Below, in pieces: positions 10,123-18,750 of a stretch of 64,000 nt of DNA (positions are counted from its first letter, which is position 1; every line of letters begins with the position of its first letter). Below the pieces are notes generated by a model. The model made no database searches. It was not told where the DNA came from and saw nothing but the letters and a program-made list of their open reading frames with translations. Source of the stretch: Bacteroidota bacterium (GTDB lineage: Bacteria > Bacteroidota > Bacteroidia > Flavobacteriales_D > Crocinitomicaceae); NCBI GenBank assembly GCA_041191505.1, contig JBEEOT010000008.1, positions 10,348 to 74,347 of the forward strand. Reading direction: 5' to 3'. Position numbers and translations under genes: made by a program.

Positions 10123-11180
10123 ACAATACAAGCCTCCATCGCTTTTTCGAATTCTTCGAAATTCAAGGTCTGATCGTAGACACAAGCGCCGATTTGAGTC
10201 AATAAACAAACCCTTACCATGCCTTGTGCATTCTTTTTGTCTTGCTGCATGAGCGCCCACAAAGTGTCGATGTCTTTTGGCGCTTGTAAAGGGTAAAACT
10301 TCTTGACCTGCAGCCTTATTTGCTCAAAAGCAGCATCTGATAATCCTGTTTTCATTTGAGAAAGCTTTGCTTCAATTAGCATTCCGAGCGCAACGGCATG
10401 GCCATGTGAAAGCGGTTGTTCAGTTTCTAAGTAATATGACTCAAGCGCATGCCCTACAGTGTGGCCAAAATTCAATATTTTGCGCTTCCCTCTCTCTAAT
10501 GGATCTTCTGAGACAATTGAATTTTTGATTTGAACACCTTGCTGAATGGTATCAGATTGAAGTTCCTGTTGGATATTTTGGATTTTTAAGAGTGCATCCC
10601 AAAGTGCTTGATCTGAAATGAGCGCATGCTTGAGTAGTTCTGCAAAACCATTGCGCCACTCTTCTTCAGGCAGGGTTTGTAAAAAGCCGGTATCAATGTA
10701 AGTAGCTAGTGCTTGCTGAAAACTTCCCAACTGATTTTTATAGCCTTCAAAGTCGATGCCTGTTTTTGCGCCAATAGCGGCATCAAGCATCCCGAGTAAA
10801 CTTGTTGGGATATTGATGAACGCGATGCCACGCTTGTAAACAGAAGCAACAAAACCACCTAAATCGGTGACCACGCCGCCGCCCAAATTTATAATAAGAT
10901 CATGGCGACCAAACCCAGCCTCAGTTAAGGTTTCCCAGACCTGAAAACAAACCTCGAGCACTTTGTTTTCTTCTCCGGCAGGCAATAATATAACTTCAGC
11001 CTCGGCCAAGGCTTCAAAACCCGTAATTAAAAATTCTAAGCAGTGATCATGGGTGTTTTCATCGACGATGATGGCGATTTTTGAGGGTGCATAGCTCGCA
11101 AGGAGCGATGAAAAAGTTGATGTTAAAAGTGGCCCCCATTCAAACGGACGCTGTTGTTCGGAAAAAGAAGGCAATTGCAT
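10119..11180 (-). CDS. aroB: 3-dehydroquinate synthase
   Basis: Motifs LGGGVVTDLGGFVAS and FGHTVGHALE. Length 353 aa. Its stop overlaps the marC stop (CTAA). Confidence 0.9.
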   Translation of the reverse strand: MQLPSFSEQQRPFEWGPLLTSTFSSLLASYAPSKIAIIVDENTHDHCLEFLITGFEALAEAEVILLPAGEENKVLEVCFQVWETLTEAGFGRHDLIINLGGGVVTDLGGFVASVYKRGIAFINIPTSLLGMLDAAIGAKTGIDFEGYKNQLGSFQQALATYIDTGFLQTLPEEEWRNGFAELLKHALISDQALWDALLKIQNIQQELQSDTIQQGVQIKNSIVSEDPLERGKRKILNFGHTVGHALESYYLETEQPLSHGHAVALGMLIEAKLSQMKTGLSDAAFEQIRLQVKKFYPLQAPKDIDTLWALMQQDKKNAQGMVRVCLLTQIGACVYDQTLNFEEFEKAMEACIV

Positions 11181-11184
11181 GGTT

Positions 11185-11192
11185 CAAATTTA
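11185..11192 (-). promoter_or_regulatory. candidate -7 box (TAaaTTTG) for aroB, 4 nt before the ATG
   Basis: Plus strand CAAATTTA. Four nt separate it from the aroB ATG (11180-11178). Confidence 0.5.
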
Positions 11193-11203
11193 CGAAAAGA
11201 CCT

Positions 11204-11211
11204 TAATTTTG
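11204..11211 (+). promoter_or_regulatory. candidate -7 box (TAatTTTG) for proline dehydrogenase, 4 nt before the ATG
   Basis: Exact TAnnTTTG. GTAC separates it from the ATG at 11216. Confidence 0.5.
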
Positions 11212-11215
11212 GTAC

Positions 11216-12418
11216 ATGATTTCTTTCGACAACACCGAAATTGCTTTTCGTTCAAAAAACAAACAAGACCTCCAACGCGCCTATTGGTTGTTTAAAATCA
11301 TCGGAGCGCCGTCTATTGTTAAAATCGGTAAGCTGCTGACGCCTCTGGCACTTCGCTTACACCTTCCGATTAAAGGAGCTATCAAGCAAACAATATTCAA
11401 GCAATTTTGTGGAGGTGAAACCATCGACGAATGCGATACAGCCATTCAAAGCCTTCATGCCTTTGGAATCGGAACCATTCTCGATTACTCCGTCGAAGGA
11501 AAAACACAAGAAGATGATTTTGAACAAACGACGCAAATCATCATCCAGACCATAGAGAAATCTGCCACCGATAAGCGCATTCCTTTCGCTGTTTTTAAAA
11601 TTACAGGCATCGCCCAACACCATATTCTTGAGTTGGTCTCAAGTCAGATACGAGCTATTCGTAAAGGCGAAAATTTCAGAGAATTCACACCTAGTGAAAG
11701 CGCTGGGATTTCCGCAATAATTGAGAGAATAGATAGAATTTGTGCGGCAGCAGCGCGCCATCAGACGCGTTTGTTTATCGACGCCGAAGAAACCTGGATA
11801 CAAACGGCCATTGACCAATGGACTTTTGACATGATGTGCAAGTACAATCAAACGAATTGTATTGTATACAATACCATTCAGATGTACCGCCACGACCGCT
11901 TGGCTTATTTGCATGCAGAATACGAACGCGCCAAGCAAGCCAACATCAAATACGGCGTCAAGTTGGTCAGGGGTGCTTACATGGAAAAAGAACGCGCAAG
12001 AGCGCTTGAAATGGGCTACTCCTCGCCTATTCAACCAAACAAAGCGGCAACCGACCAAGACTACGATGCCGCATTAACTTTTTTAGTAGCCCACAAAGAT
12101 ATTTTCTCTGTTTGTGCCGGAACACACAACGAACAAAGCTCGCTGTTCTTAGCCAATCTGCTGGCCAAAGAACAAATAGTAGCCAATGACCCTCAATTCT
12201 ATTTCGCGCAGCTATTAGGCATGTCTGATCATATCTCTTATAATTTATCAGACGCTGGCTACCAAGTAGCCAAGTACGTTCCTTTCGGACCCGTTCAAGA
12301 GGTTCTCCCTTATTTGCTCAGAAGAGCTGATGAAAATACGTCTGTAGCTGGGCAAACGAGTCGTGAACTCGGGCTCATCATCAAAGAAAGAGCGCGCAGA
12401 AAGCAGCCTACTGCTTGA
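11216..12418 (+). CDS. proline dehydrogenase (monofunctional PutA-like)
   Basis: The N-terminal pattern FDNTEIAF...IFKQFCGGE and the motifs VKLVRGAYMEKE and YLLRRADENTS are typical of Bacteroidota proline dehydrogenase family proteins. Confidence 0.8.
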   Translation: MISFDNTEIAFRSKNKQDLQRAYWLFKIIGAPSIVKIGKLLTPLALRLHLPIKGAIKQTIFKQFCGGETIDECDTAIQSLHAFGIGTILDYSVEGKTQEDDFEQTTQIIIQTIEKSATDKRIPFAVFKITGIAQHHILELVSSQIRAIRKGENFREFTPSESAGISAIIERIDRICAAAARHQTRLFIDAEETWIQTAIDQWTFDMMCKYNQTNCIVYNTIQMYRHDRLAYLHAEYERAKQANIKYGVKLVRGAYMEKERARALEMGYSSPIQPNKAATDQDYDAALTFLVAHKDIFSVCAGTHNEQSSLFLANLLAKEQIVANDPQFYFAQLLGMSDHISYNLSDAGYQVAKYVPFGPVQEVLPYLLRRADENTSVAGQTSRELGLIIKERARRKQPTA

Positions 12419-13880
12419 AAATCGGATAATTCTGCCCCTCCAATTTTAAAAGATATAAACCACTTGCAAATGTGGTCATCGGAATACCGTATGGTGCAGC
12501 TACAGTTTCTTTGAGCAGCAATGCGCCCTGCGCATTGTATAATTCAATGGCTTTTGCCTCGTTGCCAGGCCAAACAATGGTTAAATCTGCTGATACAGGG
12601 TTAGGGAAAACCAAAACTTTACTCCCTTCAAAAGAGGGCTTTAGCCCTACTAACTGATTGGTCGTAAAGACGGTATCTGTTTGTACATAAGCGGAGCCGT
12701 CGCCATTGACTTTTAAAACAAAAACGTTACTCCCGCCATTGAGCTGATTCTGACCGTCGACAATCACGGAGTTCATGCCAACAGCAATAAAACCACCGTC
12801 GAGGGTTGGCTTGATGTTGCCACAGTAATCGTAACCCTCATTGATTACCATGGTATAGGGCAAGCCTAACCAAAAACCAAATAGGGCATCTACAAAACCA
12901 AAATTAAGGTCATAATATTCTGAAAATGTACTGTCATTTTGAACCTGAATGCCATAAATACAAAGATCTTGCTGTGATAAATAAGCAATTTGTTGACATT
13001 TATCGTCAGAAAGAAAAGCTCCATCTTGAGGAGCATTCTGATTAATGATTTGTCCGTTGAGCGATATAGATCCTGAAAATACATTGTGGTTTTCTGGAGT
13101 AAAAGTATGATAACCAGCAAATTGAACCCCAAATGGTGTGTGCGTAAGGTCCGATATAACAAAATCTCCATTTAGGTGTCCTAGCGTATCAAACCATTGA
13201 ACAACTCCTTGATCATCCAATTTCATAACAAATCCTTTTGTTGCACTTGAATCTGCAACATACCACTCCCCTCCAACAATATAAGAACTATCTATAGTAC
13301 GCAAAATACTGTAGGCGCGATCATCGCCAGCGGTGCCAATTGTTTTGGTCCAGAGTGTGTCGCCAAATTGATTGAGTCTGAGTAGCAAGACATCGGCAGA
13401 ACCAGCCAATAACGCTTGCCGTTCACCCACCAAAACAAAACCAGAATCTATTGTTTGAACACCATCGTGAATGCGCTCCCAACTGGGATGCTGATAGGTT
13501 TTGACCCATTGTTGATTGCCATTCAAATCGGTAAAAACAAGCATGGGATCATAGTCACCTGAACTCCAAGAATTAGACATACCTGCGAGGTAATATCCAA
13601 CACCTGGCAAGTGAAAAACACGTTTGATTTCTTCGGTTTCTTGCGCACCATAGGCTTGGCTCCATTGGTAGTCTCCATTTTGATCAATTTTCATAAGGAA
13701 ACCCTGTGCATTTTCTTCCCAGCTTCCACTACTTCCGGCAACCAAAAACGATGAGTCGGGCAAGGCCAAGACATCTTCGCCCTTGTCGAAACCTGAGCCC
13801 GAATATAACTTGTAAAAACGATTTTGCGCATTTGCACCCAAAACCCAAACTACAAAAAACAAGAAACTTAAATATCGCAT
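12408..13880 (-). CDS. T9SS-secreted beta-propeller-repeat protein (C-terminal sorting domain)
   Basis: Signal peptide MRYLSFLFFVVWVLGANAQ. A blade-like motif recurs (NGDYQWSQAYG, NGNQQWVKTY, FGDTLWTKTIG, QGVVQWFDTLG). The CTD is VFPNPVSADLTIVW...GLYLLKLEG. Start trimmed to 13880. Confidence 0.7.
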   Translation of the reverse strand: MRYLSFLFFVVWVLGANAQNRFYKLYSGSGFDKGEDVLALPDSSFLVAGSSGSWEENAQGFLMKIDQNGDYQWSQAYGAQETEEIKRVFHLPGVGYYLAGMSNSWSSGDYDPMLVFTDLNGNQQWVKTYQHPSWERIHDGVQTIDSGFVLVGERQALLAGSADVLLLRLNQFGDTLWTKTIGTAGDDRAYSILRTIDSSYIVGGEWYVADSSATKGFVMKLDDQGVVQWFDTLGHLNGDFVISDLTHTPFGVQFAGYHTFTPENHNVFSGSISLNGQIINQNAPQDGAFLSDDKCQQIAYLSQQDLCIYGIQVQNDSTFSEYYDLNFGFVDALFGFWLGLPYTMVINEGYDYCGNIKPTLDGGFIAVGMNSVIVDGQNQLNGGSNVFVLKVNGDGSAYVQTDTVFTTNQLVGLKPSFEGSKVLVFPNPVSADLTIVWPGNEAKAIELYNAQGALLLKETVAAPYGIPMTTFASGLYLLKLEGQNYPIFKQ

Positions 13881-15031
13881 CTGAATTGAAGATAAAGTGA
13901 AGCGCCATTGTGCAAGGTGCAATTATCGGAGCGCAACAAGATTTGGGAATGCTTGAAACGAAGAGCAGAATATGCCTGCATACGCAAACCACCGAAGCCT
14001 CCATAAGCAAGACCAATACCAGTTTGCCACACTTTTTGCACACGCAAATGTGCGCCAGCATAGACCAACGGCGTATAAGTTTGACGCAATAGAAACTGTG
14101 CACCATAATATGCTTCTAGACGGCGAGAACTGTTCCAATCAAGGCATTTGGCCAATTGAATTTGGGCTGGCAATAAAATCCAAGACCCGGAAGTGGTTTG
14201 TTCGTAGCCCAAAGAATCCAAAAATGCTTGCGTGAGCTGCTGAACACTTGTTTGCTGCCACTCAGAAAAGGAAAACCCCGCATATTGCAACGCGCCAGAT
14301 ACGCGATAAGCTTTTGTGTCTATGGATCGGGCGATCCCTAGATTTTGAATCAATAATTGAAATTGCTGATCATTATTGGAGGAATCGCTCGCACCAAAAC
14401 GATAATCGATATCTACCGACAGGCCATATGCAGGTGCATTATTGATGTTGGCCTGCCCTAACAATTCAAGCTCTATTTGAGCTGATGTGGGCTGCTGATA
14501 CCAATTTCCTTTTGCTAAAGTAGCAGCTAAATGCTGCTGGACAGCAACAAAATTCAACGCAAAGGTTGATTGGGTTGTCAAATCTCGAAATCCAAGCCCA
14601 ACCTTGGCAAAAGAAGTGGCTTCTGCGCGCAAATTACTGAAATTGAGGGTGTCGCCGACGAAAGGCAAGCCGCCTTGAAAAACCAAACCAAAAAGATCTT
14701 TAGAAAATTGCACCCCAGCGTATTGATGCACACCGGCATTTAGCACCCAACTATAGCTCGAACCCCAATGCTTCGGATTTTTTGAGAGCACCCAAGGTGT
14801 TTGCCATTGGGCATTCAAACCCATTTTTAAACCAAATGAATTGCGGCCTTGAAGATTTGAAAAAGAACGGTTGATATCACTTGAGTCAATAAGGCCTCCA
14901 TAGAAAAAAGCATCGGCAATTTGCCTGCGAACGCCGGTACTGTTATAGACCCCATAACTATCAATAATCACGGCATGCTGTGCTTGGACAAAATGCGCAC
15001 TAAAGAGGAGTAATAAGAATAAATGGCGCAT
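13868..15031 (-). CDS. hypothetical outer-membrane protein, probable beta-barrel
   Basis: Signal peptide MRHLFLLLLFSAHFVQAQ. Alternating-hydrophobic, Gly/aromatic-rich strands (GIGLAYGGFGGLRMQAYSALRF). No family recognised. The start shares one nucleotide with the upstream stop (TAATG). Confidence 0.5.
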   Translation of the reverse strand: MRHLFLLLLFSAHFVQAQHAVIIDSYGVYNSTGVRRQIADAFFYGGLIDSSDINRSFSNLQGRNSFGLKMGLNAQWQTPWVLSKNPKHWGSSYSWVLNAGVHQYAGVQFSKDLFGLVFQGGLPFVGDTLNFSNLRAEATSFAKVGLGFRDLTTQSTFALNFVAVQQHLAATLAKGNWYQQPTSAQIELELLGQANINNAPAYGLSVDIDYRFGASDSSNNDQQFQLLIQNLGIARSIDTKAYRVSGALQYAGFSFSEWQQTSVQQLTQAFLDSLGYEQTTSGSWILLPAQIQLAKCLDWNSSRRLEAYYGAQFLLRQTYTPLVYAGAHLRVQKVWQTGIGLAYGGFGGLRMQAYSALRFKHSQILLRSDNCTLHNGASLYLQFRCDI

Positions 15032-16617
15032 TACGGTTTCATTTGAGTTTGTAACTGCAGTTGAACTTGGAGCGCTAAAAACGCATTGGCTTGCACCGCT
15101 TGCTGAACCGCCAAACCAGTGCTAGGATCAGTTGTGGCAAATGTGGCGCTTACCGCAACTTCATTGAGGTCTTGAAGGTCAGCAACCAACGCGGGCGGCA
15201 ACACAATTTTTAGTTTACTTTTCTTTTTGAGCAAACCGTCGCTTGGGTCGAGCTGTCCGAGGGTTGCAGAAGCCAATTGGGCATCGGCAATGATTGTATG
15301 CCAAATTTGTCCGTCTTTCATGAAATACAAAACGACGTCACAGGCTAATGGGAAGGCGTTGGTGGCATCTAAAATAAGCGTTGCGGCAGAAACATGTGAT
15401 TTTTGAAGGTCTTGAGCCAAATTAATGTCAAAGGTGTCTTGTAGTGCAAGGCCATCTGCATTGAGTGCCATTGGCATTTGTGCGCTCATTTTGATCCGAA
15501 GATGGCTATTGGCAAATGCTTCGTCGTGCCCCGAAGAAGTGTTGCCCCAAGGATTGGGCTGCAGCTGATAATTGATGTGCTGAAAAGCACCTAGATTTTC
15601 AAGATAACTTTTGACATTACTATTGTTTTGGTCAAAATGGAGGTTAAGCATACTAGGCTGAAGTGTATTCCAACTCCCCACTGCTGGTGAAATATACATA
15701 CTCGGGCCAATATTTGGTGCGTTCATGGCAACAGTCTGTCCTTGTGTATTGGTTGCGCTGAGTTCTTCAATTTGAGCGCGCAAGGCCATTTTAAAACCAT
15801 TTTCTATTTGTAAATCTAAACTCAAATCAGGTAAGGAAAGGGTGCCGGCAGTTATTTTATCGAGATACGGAAGGGTAAATTGCTCTTGAGCCGTAACAAT
15901 AGTAGATCCAAAATAGCCTTTGGCATAATCAAAGTGTAAGTTTTTGAAGGCCGCTTCAAATTTGAAGATTTGGTTGTTATAAATAGAAACCGTTTGCCCA
16001 TTAGGGTCGGTTTTGAGGGTCAGTTTAGACTGCAGTTGATTGAATTCTAAGCCTTGAGCGCCACCTAAATCGATGTCATAACCACTCAAATCTATATTTT
16101 CGGTGGCAATTGTAGGGTTCTGAACCGTACCTGGCGCAACAGTGTAGTTCTGCACAAAAACCTGCCCATTTTGACTCACGCCAGGAAGTTCAATCTGATA
16201 CAAAACCGCAGTGTTGAGCGGATTAAACACCTTCAGCTGTATTTGCCCACCAGATACGCGTACCTTTTTGAGTTGGATATCGCCGAGGTCAAATTCATGA
16301 GTCTTGACGTTATTCACAAAAACAAAACCTGGCGAAACGTTATTGACCGTAAAATTTGATTGAAATTGCTGAGAAATAGTGGTGTCTGGAATTTGAATAA
16401 GGTCGGTTAAGCTGAGATCGAGTAAGGTGCGACTCAGGTTGATATCGATTTGGTTTCCGTTGATCGAAAGCGTAGAATCGTTGTAGAAATGAGCAAGACT
16501 AAGCGTGTCGTTGAGCACAGGCAGCAACCAATCAGTTTGCCATCGGGTTGTCTCTTTTTTGCAGGAAAAAAGTAGCGCAACAAAAACAAATAAATAGCTC
16601 AGGCGCATTTTAGACAT
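15031..16617 (-). CDS. hypothetical lipoprotein (about 528 aa)
   Basis: Lipoprotein signal MSKMRLSYLFVFVALLFSC. The sequence is Gln/Asn/Thr-rich and predicted to be all-beta. No family recognised. The start is ATG at 16617 (ORF-track TTG at 16623, alternative ATG at 16608) and overlaps or abuts the thiolase stop. Confidence 0.6.
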   Translation of the reverse strand: MSKMRLSYLFVFVALLFSCKKETTRWQTDWLLPVLNDTLSLAHFYNDSTLSINGNQIDINLSRTLLDLSLTDLIQIPDTTISQQFQSNFTVNNVSPGFVFVNNVKTHEFDLGDIQLKKVRVSGGQIQLKVFNPLNTAVLYQIELPGVSQNGQVFVQNYTVAPGTVQNPTIATENIDLSGYDIDLGGAQGLEFNQLQSKLTLKTDPNGQTVSIYNNQIFKFEAAFKNLHFDYAKGYFGSTIVTAQEQFTLPYLDKITAGTLSLPDLSLDLQIENGFKMALRAQIEELSATNTQGQTVAMNAPNIGPSMYISPAVGSWNTLQPSMLNLHFDQNNSNVKSYLENLGAFQHINYQLQPNPWGNTSSGHDEAFANSHLRIKMSAQMPMALNADGLALQDTFDINLAQDLQKSHVSAATLILDATNAFPLACDVVLYFMKDGQIWHTIIADAQLASATLGQLDPSDGLLKKKSKLKIVLPPALVADLQDLNEVAVSATFATTDPSTGLAVQQAVQANAFLALQVQLQLQTQMKP

Positions 16618-17818
16618 TTTCAATTACAGCTGCATAACCCTGCCCCACACCAATACACATTGTGACTAATGCATAACGCTTATTGCTGCGCTTTAATTGC
16701 CTTGCGGCTGTGAGTAATAAGCGAGCGCCCGACATCCCGAGCGGATGCCCCAGTGAGATTGCACCACCATTTGGATTGATGCGCGCATCGCGGTCGTCTA
16801 GACCAAGCGCGCGCGTACAAGCCAACACTTGTGCGGAAAAAGCCTCATTGATTTCTATAAGGTCGATATCGGCCAAGGTAAGCCCTGCTCTTTCTAGCGC
16901 TTTATGACTAGCCGGAACTGGGCCAATGCCCATGATGCGCGGTTCTACACCTGCCACTGCTGCCGACAAAATTTTAGCCATTGGTGTCAGGCCGTGTTGG
17001 CGAACGCCATTTTCATTAGCTAACAACAAGGCTGCAGCGCCGTCGTTGAGCCCTGACGCATTCCCAGCGGTGACGCTACCGTCTTTTTTAAAGGCCGGAC
17101 GCAAATTGGCTAGCGTTTCTAAAGTGGTGCTAGCGCGTGCAAATTCATCGCGCTCAAAGACAATTGCAGCACCTTTTTTCTGAGGAATATGAATGGGTAG
17201 GATTTCATCTGTGTAAAAACCTGCCTCCTGGGCTGCTGCCGTTTTTTCTTGACTCCAGCAGGCAAAAGCATCTTGATCTGCCCTTGATATGTTGTACTGA
17301 GCCGCCAAGTTCTCGGCGGTCATACCCATGCTATCGACGCCGTAAAGCGCCTCCATTTGCGGATTGATAAAGCGCCAGCCAAAACTTGAATCGTGCATTT
17401 GGGCATCGCGGCCAAAAGCGCTTGAGGTTTTGGAAATAACCCAAGGGCCGCGCGTCATGTGTTCTACTCCGCCAGCTACGTATACATTGCCTTCGCCATT
17501 GCGCAAGGCGCGTGTTGCATTTACTGCCGCGGCCAAACCCGAAGCGCAAAGGCGATTGACGGTTTCTCCGGGAACTTCTATTGGATAACCTGCCAAAAGA
17601 GAAGACATGCGCGCTACATTGCGGTTGTCTTCGCCGGCTTGGTTGGCACAGCCTAATAAAACATCTTCTATGCTTTTTGGATCGAGTTTAGGCTGGCGCT
17701 CAAGCAAAGCTGCCAATACTTTTGCGGCTAAATCATCGGCGCGCATGGTTGCTAAACTTCCGCCAAAATTACCAATAGCACTGCGGATTCCGTCAATTAA
17801 ATATACTTCTTGAGACAT
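16610..17818 (-). CDS. acetyl-CoA C-acyltransferase (thiolase)
   Basis: Active-site Cys context VNRLCASGL and the C-terminal motifs NPNGGAISLGHPLGMSGARL and MCIGVGQGYA. Confidence 0.9.
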   Translation of the reverse strand: MSQEVYLIDGIRSAIGNFGGSLATMRADDLAAKVLAALLERQPKLDPKSIEDVLLGCANQAGEDNRNVARMSSLLAGYPIEVPGETVNRLCASGLAAAVNATRALRNGEGNVYVAGGVEHMTRGPWVISKTSSAFGRDAQMHDSSFGWRFINPQMEALYGVDSMGMTAENLAAQYNISRADQDAFACWSQEKTAAAQEAGFYTDEILPIHIPQKKGAAIVFERDEFARASTTLETLANLRPAFKKDGSVTAGNASGLNDGAAALLLANENGVRQHGLTPMAKILSAAVAGVEPRIMGIGPVPASHKALERAGLTLADIDLIEINEAFSAQVLACTRALGLDDRDARINPNGGAISLGHPLGMSGARLLLTAARQLKRSNKRYALVTMCIGVGQGYAAVIENV

Positions 17819-17835
17819 TGTTTCGATTTTCTATT

Positions 17836-17843
17836 CAAAGATA
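17836..17843 (-). promoter_or_regulatory. candidate -7 box (TAtcTTTG) for the thiolase-led gene string
   Basis: Plus strand CAAAGATA, 17 nt upstream of the thiolase ATG (17818). Confidence 0.45.
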
Positions 17844-17896
17844 AAATAAAATGTGCCGTCGGCAAGAATTCAGCATTTTTAGTTATGTTCGCATTC

Positions 17897-18745
17897 ATGG
17901 AAAAAATGCACTGTCCCATTTGTGATTCAACCGAACTCCGCCCCATATTTGACAACACCTTACTCAAATGCCAAAATTGTGGTCACGGATGGGCAAACCT
18001 CCAACTTGACCACACATACTTACAGCAACTTTACGCTGAAAATTATTTCAAAGGCGAAGAATACGCCGACTACCTCGCCGATAAAGAAATTCTACAGCTC
18101 AATTTTAGTAAACGGGCTAAGGAAATTGCAAGGCAAGGTGCTGCGCCACAAAATGGCTTAGAAATTGGTTGTGCCTATGGTTTCTTTTTTGAAACCATTC
18201 AAAAGGAATTTCCAAAGATGCGGTATCAAGGCTTTGACATCTCTGCCGACGCCATCCAATATGCTCAGCAAAACTACGGACCCCATTTTTCGGCAGAAAA
18301 TTACCTTGAGGCCACTACATCACAAACTTTTGACGCCATTTTCATGTGGGATGTCATCGAGCACCTTTCAGATCCGGGTGCTTTTTTAGCAAAAGCACAG
18401 GCTGAATGCCAAACAGGCGGAAAAATCTACCTCACCACTGGTGATTTCGGAGCTTTACTCCCCCGTTTACAAGGCAAAAAATGGCGCATGATCCACCCTC
18501 CTACTCACCTGCATTATTTCACCAAAAAATCGATGAGTACACTACTCAACAAACACGGGTTTAAACCCGTATTTTATCAGTATCCACCCGTCTATCGCTC
18601 GCTAGGACTCATTTACTTTGCCTTATTTATCTTGAATAAAAAGCCGAGTAGATTCCATCAGTGGCTATACAACAAAATACCTAAAGCCGCTTCTGTCCCC
18701 ATCAATACACGCGATATTTTCTTTGTTTGTGCTCAAAAAATGTAA
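17897..18745 (+). CDS. class I SAM-dependent methyltransferase with N-terminal zinc ribbon
   Basis: CPICDS...CQNCGH zinc ribbon. Motif I is GLEIGCAYGFF. Also has the acidic post-I motif and DVIEHL. The start is ATG at 17897, or alternatively 17885. Confidence 0.75.
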   Translation: MEKMHCPICDSTELRPIFDNTLLKCQNCGHGWANLQLDHTYLQQLYAENYFKGEEYADYLADKEILQLNFSKRAKEIARQGAAPQNGLEIGCAYGFFFETIQKEFPKMRYQGFDISADAIQYAQQNYGPHFSAENYLEATTSQTFDAIFMWDVIEHLSDPGAFLAKAQAECQTGGKIYLTTGDFGALLPRLQGKKWRMIHPPTHLHYFTKKSMSTLLNKHGFKPVFYQYPPVYRSLGLIYFALFILNKKPSRFHQWLYNKIPKAASVPINTRDIFFVCAQKM

Positions 18746-18750
18746 GTCCT

